A DNA stretch of 63,909 bases, the filler included. It is 6 parts of 6 records of this genome, joined end to end, with 100 filler letters (N's around TTAATTAATTAA, not from the genome) between each part and the next. Parts side by side here need not be neighbours in the genome. Positions count along the whole stretch, not along the records: positions 51,296 to 58,801 come from SRR2962707_2356; positions 58,902 to 63,909 come from SRR2962707_2431; 4 more parts are not named here. The stretch is one strand, 5' to 3'. A model generated the notes under the pieces. The model did not search any database. It was given only the letters and a program-made list of their open reading frames with translations, and had not been told where the DNA came from. The position numbers and the translations under genes are program-made. Positions 51,459-59,960 of this stretch are shown here, piece by piece (position 1 is the stretch's first letter; each line of letters opens with the position of its first letter).

Positions 51459-52259
51459 ATGCCCCATATCATGAATACTTTTGATGCCCGTCCGATCCAT
51501 CACAATAACCGCCCACGGCCCAAAGAATTACCCCGCGCGGTTTATGTCCGGGTCAGCGACATGCCCGCGGGCTATCATGTAGCCAGCCATAGCCATGACT
51601 GGAACCAGCTTCTTTACGCACTGGACGGAACAATGACCGTCGTTACCGAAGCAGGCATGTGGATTGTCCCGCCGCAACGCGCGGTCTGGGTGCCACCCCA
51701 TACCGAACATGCCGTGACCTGTACCGGTTTCACCCGCGCCCGTCATCTGTATATCGGCCGTGATGTAAAAGTGAATTTGCCCGATCGCTGCATTGTTCTG
51801 GAAGTCAGCCCGCTTTTACGTGAACTGATCCGGGCTGCGACCGAAATCCCGATTGAATATGATGAAGACGGAGAAGAGGGGCGCTTGATCCGTGTTCTTC
51901 TGGATCAGATCAAGGCACCCGAACAGGACAACCTGCACCTACCTGCCCCAAAGGACTTGCGGCTTTCGAAAATCTGCGAACACCTGCAAAGCGATCCGGC
52001 AGATAATCGAACCCTTGATGACTGGGCAAAGGTCAGTGGGGCATCCAGCCGGACTTTGGCACGACTGTTTCAGCGCGATACTGGCATGCCATTTCGCGAC
52101 TGGCGGCAAAAGCTACGTCTTTTATATGCCTTGGAAAAGCTGGCCAATGACCGCCCTGTCACAGAGATTGCCCTTGATCTGGGCTATGAAACGCCATCGG
52201 CGTTCATAGCCATGTTCAGAAAGGCAACCGGGCGAACACCGGGTGGATATTTCCGATAA
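51459..52259 (+). CDS. AraC family regulator (NimR-like cupin + HTH)
   Basis: HSH.W.QLLY, WIVPPQRAVWVPP, SSRTLARLF, LGYETPSAFIAMFRK..G.TP. Confidence 0.93.
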   Translation: MPHIMNTFDARPIHHNNRPRPKELPRAVYVRVSDMPAGYHVASHSHDWNQLLYALDGTMTVVTEAGMWIVPPQRAVWVPPHTEHAVTCTGFTRARHLYIGRDVKVNLPDRCIVLEVSPLLRELIRAATEIPIEYDEDGEEGRLIRVLLDQIKAPEQDNLHLPAPKDLRLSKICEHLQSDPADNRTLDDWAKVSGASSRTLARLFQRDTGMPFRDWRQKLRLLYALEKLANDRPVTEIALDLGYETPSAFIAMFRKATGRTPGGYFR

Positions 52260-52321
52260 CACACGCAAAGATCATTTCGTCGCAAATGAGTTTCAGCAAT
52301 GCTGTGTGTGGGAATCAGATC

Positions 52322-52903
52322 TTAGTCCGTAAAGTGCCGAAGCGGCGGAAGAATATCGTTCTCTGGCTCCGCGTCTTTGCCATACCGGTTAATCGCATTG
52401 GAGTGGGCCGGAGCCGACCGGCGATTTTGCGCGCAAAGATTGTGAATTTCGACCATCATGTCCGGCGACCAGCACAAAGCTGAATCCGACGGCATGGATG
52501 CTTCTCTCACTTCATCGTTTAAACCACCCTTTTGGCCCTTGCTACCGCCACGGTGTATTTCACGGTCACGATCAAACAAAATGCGCTCGATCGTCGGCAT
52601 GGCTTCAGCAATGGATCTCAAGACCTCGACGCTGTCGCCGATCGTCTTGACCATTGCACGGGCCATTTCTTCGTATGATTCTGCATGATCGGTTTCGCGC
52701 GGTGTCGCCTGCGCGTCATCGACCAGACTGAAACCCTTCGCCGAATTCACAATAAGCGAGACAGGACTATGCCAGGCCTTGTGGTTTGGTTCATTTACTC
52801 TACGGCCAGGAACGATGTGACTGGCCTTGCCCCAATCGCGACCCGGATCGGAGAAATTCATCTCCCCGTGGCGGCGTGCTGGGTGTGTGTCGCATGAATG
52901 CAT
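52322..52903 (-). CDS. Hypothetical protein (start uncertain)
   Basis: Long ORF, GGGGAG before ATG 52903, central helical stretch; no family recognised. Confidence 0.45.
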   Translation of the reverse strand: MHSCDTHPARRHGEMNFSDPGRDWGKASHIVPGRRVNEPNHKAWHSPVSLIVNSAKGFSLVDDAQATPRETDHAESYEEMARAMVKTIGDSVEVLRSIAEAMPTIERILFDRDREIHRGGSKGQKGGLNDEVREASMPSDSALCWSPDMMVEIHNLCAQNRRSAPAHSNAINRYGKDAEPENDILPPLRHFTD

Positions 52904-53720
52904 TTTCTCCCCCAAAGAGATAAATAAGCATTGCCCCGAAAACTCTGCCCTTCCGATTATTGCGTGCAGAGCCATTTCTTAGAATTTTTGTGCGTCATAT
53001 GTACCACAGACGCAATTTTCTCAATGCCCATTCCGTCCAAATCAATTTGCAATCAGTCCATAAAATCGCTCTAACCCGCAGTACACTTAGCCTTTCATTA
53101 ACCAAACGCACTCTTTGGTGTAGGTAATCTGAAGAATAGCTATACCAATGGGCTTTCACCCCCACCGCGAATTGAAGACTATTGAATGAACGCAGCCCGG
53201 ATTCGCACTCATGCGCCAAAAACGACATGAAAATGCAGAATAACGGGCCGAAAACCTGAGGTGATGGCTTGAAGACGACGGATCAACAGTCCGGCGGGTC
53301 AAGCCGTTCGTCTTTCACTGTCACACTTTCCCTATTCTTGAGAGGTTGGCGGCTGGATGCGGCTTTTCCAAGCCGGAACTCTCGCTCCGACTGATCAGGT
53401 TGAACCCGGTTATGAGAGCTGGCGACATGGATTAAGAGAATAAGGTCTGAACCCAACTTCATTGCGCGAGTTCAGTCACAAAAATGGCCGAAAACAACGA
53501 CATATTTCATCGCCAAATATTTTTTTAATCGCTTACCGCCTGAAATCATTCAGATAAACCTTGGTTCAAATCATTAAAGCTCGTTTTGACTATTTGTTTG
53601 CTTTGCGTCATCCGTAAATTTGATTTATCTTATTTACGTGGATAGGCAAGTAGCCTGACCCAATCCACACGTATAGCGCAATTAAAGTGCTTGCCACGTA
53701 GGCAACTTGGGGTAGAGAAA

Positions 53721-54773
53721 ATGCAATCGGAACAGGATTTTGCTGGTACCGCCAGCACTTATTTTACTGTTGATGGCCTTCCTGTGCATGAACGCTATGG
53801 CATTTGGAAAGATGCCATTCAGAGTATTTTTAGCGTCGATGCAGAGAAGCAGATTCGAGAAGACGACTTTCGAACAACCATAGAATCCCACTTATTCGGC
53901 TCATTAATGCTTATGGAAGTTCATACGCGTGCTCAGCAATGGGGACGGGGATATGAACAGATTGCCGGGAACGGCATGGACCATTACGGCATTGGTCTTT
54001 ACCAAGAAGGTACCGTCTATTGCGAAGGCGCAAAGGGCGGCAAGGTTTTAAAACCCGGCGGGTTGATGATTTATGATCTTACCCAACCTTTTACAGCCGA
54101 GACGAGCGACCTTAAGAACTTGAACCTTGTGATCCCGCGCTCGCTGGTCGAAGACTTGCTTCACCAACCAGATGAACATTGCATGCGCTTTCTTGAACCG
54201 TCTGATCCGATGGTTCAGATCATTCGCGATATGATCATTTCACTGCATCGCAATGTGGTTTCACTCAATTATCAGCAATCATTGGTGTTGGAAAAAACAA
54301 TTCCGATGTTGCTGGCCAATTGTCTGAATTCAATTTCCGGTCAAACCCGCGAAACCAGCCATGAACGCCAAAACATTCTGAGCATGGTCCGCATGAGACG
54401 GTATTTCCGCGAGAACCTTGGTTCCCCGGAACTCAACCCGCGTCAGGCGGCTCAGGATCTGGGTGTCTCCCGATCCAAGCTTTACACCTGCTTTGCACCA
54501 TATGGCGGGGTCTATAATTACGTTCGTGACTTGCGGTTGCGTCGGGCCATTACGTTATTGAATGACCCACTTCATGCCCGTTCGTCCATCTATGACATTG
54601 CGTTGGAATGCGGATTTTCCAGTGATGCCAGCTTCATCCGCGCGTTTCGCGAGAAATATGATGTGACACCGGGCGAAGTCCGCAATGGTGCCGCGGTCCA
54701 TGGCCGCAAGTATTTTGGCACTGGCGGCCCTGCCGACAAGCTGTTTGAAAACTGGATACATGGCCTAACCTAG
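53721..54773 (+). CDS. AraC family regulator (FeaR-like)
   Basis: ER...W, IYDLTQPF, LGVSRSKLY..F...GGV, IALECGFSSDASFIRAFR..Y..TP. Confidence 0.92.
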   Translation: MQSEQDFAGTASTYFTVDGLPVHERYGIWKDAIQSIFSVDAEKQIREDDFRTTIESHLFGSLMLMEVHTRAQQWGRGYEQIAGNGMDHYGIGLYQEGTVYCEGAKGGKVLKPGGLMIYDLTQPFTAETSDLKNLNLVIPRSLVEDLLHQPDEHCMRFLEPSDPMVQIIRDMIISLHRNVVSLNYQQSLVLEKTIPMLLANCLNSISGQTRETSHERQNILSMVRMRRYFRENLGSPELNPRQAAQDLGVSRSKLYTCFAPYGGVYNYVRDLRLRRAITLLNDPLHARSSIYDIALECGFSSDASFIRAFREKYDVTPGEVRNGAAVHGRKYFGTGGPADKLFENWIHGLT

Positions 54774-54796
54774 GTTTAAGACCATCCACCTGACCT

Positions 54797-54845
54797 GATT
54801 AATCAATGCCCCGTAACGGGGTATTGGTTAATCGGGATCTTTTTC
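54797..54845 (+). terminator. Terminator-like hairpin after the AraC gene
   Basis: GATTAATCAATGCCCCG-TAA-CGGGGTATTGGTTAATC (two G-U pairs), T-run shortly after. Confidence 0.6.
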
Positions 54846-54994
54846 ACCTGTCCTATCAGGAAAACACCCCGATCACGGTCAAGAGGCGGCGCGCATTGCA
54901 GCCCTTGCCACCGGCAATCTATTGCCCTTCCAATCCGGCGGATTGAGGCCCACGCAAATTGCTAGATGGCAAGATTTTGGGGAGCCGCTTCATC

Positions 54995-55249
54995 TTACAA
55001 AAACGTTCCATGCCCCAGCAATCCTTCGATTGCCAGAATTTCAACATGCTCGGACTTGAACAGATTGATCATGCGCAGACCGACATAGGGATTGGGCACA
55101 AGGATAATGTCCGCCAGACCAAGATAAAGTTCGATCAACTGGCTTAGATTGGATTGGTTTTGTTCAATGATGACGACAGGCCGTTGATTGGCAAATCGCG
55201 TATAGGGAATTAGCTCATCTGCAAAAAATTGCATTGCGTCCTGTATCAT
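54995..55249 (-). CDS. Small hypothetical protein, possibly a degenerate receiver-like fragment
   Basis: 84 aa; AGGGA upstream; VVIIEQN followed by an amphipathic helix. Confidence 0.4.
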   Translation of the reverse strand: MIQDAMQFFADELIPYTRFANQRPVVIIEQNQSNLSQLIELYLGLADIILVPNPYVGLRMINLFKSEHVEILAIEGLLGHGTFL

Positions 55250-55534
55250 AGCGGCCCGTCCCTACCTGGTTTGCGACCTGTCGCGATGCCCTATGATCAC
55301 GCCACTTTTGGCTATGGCATCTCTGCTGAGAACATTGAGTGTGAACGATTAAAAAAACGCCACTATCCCGTGAGTCCAATTTTTTGTGCAAAGCGTCCAG
55401 ATTTTTGACCAAACATCGTTGGGCCAGAACAGTTTGCAATTTTTGTCAGCCCAGACATGAAAATTTGTCATTCATTCAATCGCCTGAATGTCGGCTATTG
55501 ATAGCAAGGACAGACTGGCAAAAAGGCTGCAGCG

Positions 55535-56467
55535 ATGAATACAATTTGGTCGGGCATTGGATTGCGGCTGGCAGCGACCGGGCTGTTTGCCATCATGAGC
55601 CTTTTTGTCCGCATGGCATCGTTTGAAGCACCGGTCGGCCAGATTGTCTTCTGGCGAAGCTCCGTTGCCTTGCTGCCGATCATTTTATACCTGATGTGGC
55701 GCAAAGAATTCCCCCGCGCATTGCGGACCAAACGCCCTTGGGGTCATCTCAAACGCAGCACTTATGGCTGTGTCTCGATGTTTCTGTCTTTCATTTCGCT
55801 GGCTTATCTGCCCCTCGCACTTGCCACCGCCCTTGGGTTCCTTGCCCCCTTGATCGTCATTCCGGTTGCCATACTTGCCCTTCGGGAAAATCCGGGATGG
55901 CTTGTAATCACTGCAACTTTCGGCGGGTTTGCCGGTATTTTCCTGATCCTTTGGCCAATGATATCGACACCTGGTCTTGATCACGGCACCATGGTCGGAA
56001 TTGCAGCGGGTATTGCCTTTGCCATCACCACGGCATTTGCCAAAGTCCAGATCAAGGCGCTTACAACCACCGAACCATCGGGGACGATCGCGTTTTACTT
56101 TGCGGTTATCTGTTCGATCGGCGGGTTGCTCAGCCTTCCGCTTGGCTGGGCCCCCGTATCGTCGGAAAACCTTATATGGCTTGTTGGTGCGGGTCTGACC
56201 GGTGGCCTTGCCCATATCGCAATGACCGAAGCCCTTGCCCGCGCACCGGCATCGACATTGTCGGCATTTGAATATACCGCAATGATCTGGGCCATTCTTC
56301 TTGATGTATTGGTGTTTGGCATACTCCCAGCCCCGGTAAGTCTGATCGGTGGGGTTGTGATCGTGCTGGCGGCTGCCGTTGTCATGTTTAATGACCAACT
56401 TATCGCCTTGGCACAAAAGTACCTTCGTACTTCCAGATGCGCGAAGACCAACTCACCTGCGGAATGA
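55535..56467 (+). CDS. DMT/EamA family transporter
   Basis: About ten TM segments, QIVFWRS, LPLALATAL.FLAPL, APASTLSAFEY. Confidence 0.92.
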   Translation: MNTIWSGIGLRLAATGLFAIMSLFVRMASFEAPVGQIVFWRSSVALLPIILYLMWRKEFPRALRTKRPWGHLKRSTYGCVSMFLSFISLAYLPLALATALGFLAPLIVIPVAILALRENPGWLVITATFGGFAGIFLILWPMISTPGLDHGTMVGIAAGIAFAITTAFAKVQIKALTTTEPSGTIAFYFAVICSIGGLLSLPLGWAPVSSENLIWLVGAGLTGGLAHIAMTEALARAPASTLSAFEYTAMIWAILLDVLVFGILPAPVSLIGGVVIVLAAAVVMFNDQLIALAQKYLRTSRCAKTNSPAE

Positions 56468-56492
56468 TCGATCAAACAATCTTGCAATAACC

Positions 56493-57386
56493 TTAGGACT
56501 GTTTGGTTTCGACCAGCTTGGTTAAGGCATGCAATGTCAGGTTGGTTGGCGTCGGGATACCAAATTCCTTGCCTTTACGAACGATATAGCCGTTCAGGAA
56601 ATCGATCTCACTGTTTTTACCCCGTGCCAGATCCTGCGCGGTGGATGAAAATTGTGCTGGCATGGTATCGGCGATTTTTTCAACCGCTGCCCATACATCG
56701 CCTTGCACCGTCACACCACATGCCTTTGCCACGGCAAGACATTCATCAACTGCTGTGCGCATCACATCCCAAACACCTTCACCCTGAACCAGTTCGCCAT
56801 AGGGACGCTGCGTAATGGCAGAGAGTGCGTTATAGGCGCAATTCAGGATCATTTTGGCCCAAAGCGCGCCATCGGCATTTTCTGAAATTTCAACCGGAAT
56901 AAGGGCCGGGCGTAATGTATCTGCGACCACCTGACTTTGTGGCGACATGCCAATTACAAGCTCACCACGCCCGTGATGTTTTACATGGCCCGCCCCGCCC
57001 ATACTGGTTGCGACATACACCACCACCGGAATCACCGGCTGATCAAGAACCCCAGCCAGACGTTCGGCATTATCAACACCGTTCTGAAGGCTCAGGATAA
57101 TGGTATCTTTTCCAATAAACGGCTTGATCTGCGCACCAGCATCGACGGTATCGGTGGATTTCACACAAAACAAAATCAGCTCGGCCCCGGCAACAGATGC
57201 TGCATCGGTGCTCCCGGTAACCGCGACATATTCCTGCGACGCCCCGAAATCAAGCAACAAGCCATCCCGGTTCATGGCCTCAACATGGGTTGGACGACCA
57301 ATAAGCGTCACATCATGTCCGGCACGGGCCAACATGGCACCGTAATAACAGCCAACAGCCCCCGCACCCATTACCGCGATTTTCAT
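56493..57386 (-). CDS. panE: 2-dehydropantoate 2-reductase (PanE/ApbA family)
   Basis: GAGAVG, VKS, LQNG, W.K..LNC..N, SSTAQD, EIDFLNG. Confidence 0.88.
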   Translation of the reverse strand: MKIAVMGAGAVGCYYGAMLARAGHDVTLIGRPTHVEAMNRDGLLLDFGASQEYVAVTGSTDAASVAGAELILFCVKSTDTVDAGAQIKPFIGKDTIILSLQNGVDNAERLAGVLDQPVIPVVVYVATSMGGAGHVKHHGRGELVIGMSPQSQVVADTLRPALIPVEISENADGALWAKMILNCAYNALSAITQRPYGELVQGEGVWDVMRTAVDECLAVAKACGVTVQGDVWAAVEKIADTMPAQFSSTAQDLARGKNSEIDFLNGYIVRKGKEFGIPTPTNLTLHALTKLVETKQS

Positions 57387-57502
57387 GTGAATTGGTTCCG
57401 ATCTTTTTGCGTTTTAGTCTATGAAACGGACGTGATCCATCATCTGGTCGGGCGTTCCGCCGCCAGTTTCATCCTCGTCATTTTACATAAAGATTCAAGT
57501 CG

Positions 57503-58438
57503 TTATGACGAAGCTTTGGTGATCTCGACATGATCGGCGGACCACCCGCCGGGCCAGACTTCGGCATCGCCATTGCGTAAAGCCCGCACAAGCCCGACCG
57601 GAACGTCTTTGGCAACAAGCATCGCGCCATCAGCGCCGTCATCAAATGTCGGCTCCGCTTGGGCGAACAGTCCGGTATGGCCAAGCTGTGGTTCGCACGG
57701 GGTGTAAACAGAACAGCCTGAATAGTTGGTCGGGTTCTGGGTTGTATTGATCGCCGTTCCCGTTGTGCCACATACCCCAATAACCGTCATAAGTTCGACG
57801 GCGCGCGCTTTGGCGCAGCCAAACACACGATGATATCCCGATGGGGTCACGGTCATGGATGGCACCAACAAAAGATCAATATCGAGCGGGGCTAAACGGC
57901 ACGACAAGGCCGGCATTTCAATATCAAGACAGATCAAAACCGCGACTTTTAAACCACGCCATTCGATCACGGTAAACTGCTTGCCCGGTGTAAGGTTCCA
58001 GTTATCAGGTTCCTGTTCGCCCGGGGTCAGCGATAATTTGTCCTGAATGACAGCATTGCCTTCCGGGGTGAAAATCATTGCGCTGTTTGTCTGGCCCATA
58101 TCCGGGTTCTTGGCATCAAGATGCCAAGGCATGCTTCCTGCGACCAGCAACATATCATGACGTTTTGCCAGCTCGGCCGCATGGGTTCGGGCCTCGGTCG
58201 CCTGATCAGCCATCCATGCCATTTCCTGATTGGGTTTCAAACCATCGGGTTTGAAGGCCATCCATTGTTCGCTGGCATATTCAGGCATGACAAAAACCTT
58301 CGCCCCCTGCTTTGCCACCTTTGCCATTTGCACATCAACGTGATCTGCCCAATCGGCCATGCTGCCAACAGCCTTGCCAAGATTGGTTGCCCAAAGGGCA
58401 ATGGTAACGTGATCAGGGAACGAAGCCGGGGACGTCAT
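57503..58438 (-). CDS. Carbon-nitrogen hydrolase (nitrilase superfamily)
   Basis: Glu-Lys-Cys triad motifs MPEY, QDKL.LTP.E, LICLDIE.P; ARAVE. Confidence 0.88.
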   Translation of the reverse strand: MTSPASFPDHVTIALWATNLGKAVGSMADWADHVDVQMAKVAKQGAKVFVMPEYASEQWMAFKPDGLKPNQEMAWMADQATEARTHAAELAKRHDMLLVAGSMPWHLDAKNPDMGQTNSAMIFTPEGNAVIQDKLSLTPGEQEPDNWNLTPGKQFTVIEWRGLKVAVLICLDIEMPALSCRLAPLDIDLLLVPSMTVTPSGYHRVFGCAKARAVELMTVIGVCGTTGTAINTTQNPTNYSGCSVYTPCEPQLGHTGLFAQAEPTFDDGADGAMLVAKDVPVGLVRALRNGDAEVWPGGWSADHVEITKASS

Positions 58439-58485
58439 GATATTGTCTTCCTGTCGAGTGGGCGTGTGGCATTGGTGGCATCAAG

Positions 58486-58584
58486 GTTTTGGCATCGTAC
58501 AGATAGATACAGTGCGATGCCAAAACTCTGACGAAAGGCTTCCTGTTCCGGCGCAGCACACAGGGGAGCTCGCCGGAACAGGAA
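58486..58584. repeat. Two adjacent long inverted repeats
   Basis: GTTTTGGCATCG..CGATGCCAAAAC (58486-58526) and TTCCTGTTCCGGCG..CGCCGGAACAGGAA (58540-58584). Confidence 0.7.
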
Positions 58585-58602
58585 AATGATGCGCAATCCG
58601 GA

Positions 58603-58800
58603 TCAGCTTTTCAGCTTGGTCCAAACGCGGTTTCGCAGATCACGTGCCTTGACCGAGCAATTCTGCCCCGGGATCAGCAAGTCTGCATATTCATCGGGCA
58701 TGTTGACCGCAGGATCGGCATTCAGCGATGCGTCCATGAATTCGCCAGTGCCTTTGATCGAATTCATGTAACCGGCATAGTTCGATGCCTCGGCGGCATT
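58603..58800 (-). CDS. PotD/PotF-like polyamine ABC substrate-binding protein, 3' fragment (not in ORF track)
   Basis: Manual translation NAAEASNYAGYMNSIKG...DPAVNMP...RNRVWTKLKS*. Confidence 0.7.
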   Translation of the reverse strand, partial: NAAEASNYAGYMNSIKGTGEFMDASLNADPAVNMPDEYADLLIPGQNCSVKARDLRNRVWTKLKS

Positions 58801-58801
58801 T

Positions 58802-58901
58802 NNNNNNNNNNNNNNNNNNNNNNNNNNNNNNNNNNNNNNNNNNNNTTAATTAATTAANNNNNNNNNNNNNNNNNNNNNNNNNNNNNNNNNNNNNNNNNNN
58901 N
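58802..58901. other. Artificial contig linker
   Basis: N44-TTAATTAATTAA-N44. Confidence 0.99.
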
Positions 58902-59960
58902 GAAGTGCGCCTTTTCGATCATCACATGATGTTTTTTGCCGTCCGCGAATTCCTTCTGTGTTTCGTACGAATATCTCTTTTTGCCCGGCCCCATCGCCCG
59001 GTCCTGTGGATCATAGCGTTCTGCGAGATCAGGCCTGTCGATATCAAAGGGGGTTCTGCCGACGACCTCATCCGGCGTCAGCCCGACGACCGCTTCGAAG
59101 GCCGCATTGGCGCCGGTGAATCGGCCGTTGTCATCTTTGTAGAATATCGGGTTTGGGATCGTATCGAGGAGCGTGCGTTGAAACAGCAGCTGTTCTTCGA
59201 GCCGGGCTTCACGCCGTTTCAGGGTTGTGACCAGATAATCCAATGCCCGGCCCATGCTGGCAATTTCGTCGTTTCCCGAGGTCGGTATTTCAGTTTCCCG
59301 CCCCTCGATGAAAGCCGACATGCTGGATTGCAGGTGCAGCAAGCGGCTGATGACATTGCGGTACAGATACACCATCGCAAGGATAACCAGTAATATGCCT
59401 GCGATTGCGAGGATCAGTGCCTTGCGTTCGATCGTCGATTGAAGTGATTCAATGGATTGCTGTTCCTGCGCGATGACGTTGACGGCAGCGTCGACGATGG
59501 TCTGCACCGCCCCGGTGTATCGCTGTACGAAACCGTTCAGTGCGGCAATGTCCTGATCAGACGAAAGCGCGGACAGAAGTTCACCGCGTGAAACATCGAC
59601 CCGTGCCTTCAGTTCTGCAGGTAAATTGTCTGACAAGCGATCAGTGACGTCCTCGCTTGTTTTGATCGCATTTGCCATCAGGACATACAGGTTATCCTGA
59701 CGTTTTGTTGGTGCGTTGTCTTCGAGTGTTTCGGTGATATCAAGTATGCGACTTGCGTGTGCATCGAGACGTGCAACATCGACACTGATGGTCAGCTGAT
59801 GTGCGGTCAGTTTATCGACACGCGTATCGAGCTGCTGTTCATCCAGATAGATGATCCCCGAGATGCAGGCTGCCAGCCCCAAAGCGATGGCAAATACGGA
59901 ATAGACACGAGCCGCAACGGGAATGTTCATAACCCGGGCCCGGTCAAGCGGCCACATCAT
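58902..59960 (-). CDS. Membrane sensor (TM-periplasmic-TM-HAMP-PAS), probable histidine kinase, 5' part
   Basis: Two TMs, HAMP (EIPTSGNDEIASMGRAL), PAS (LLDTIPNPIFYKD..GRF.GAN.AFE); output domain lies beyond the contig end. Confidence 0.8.
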
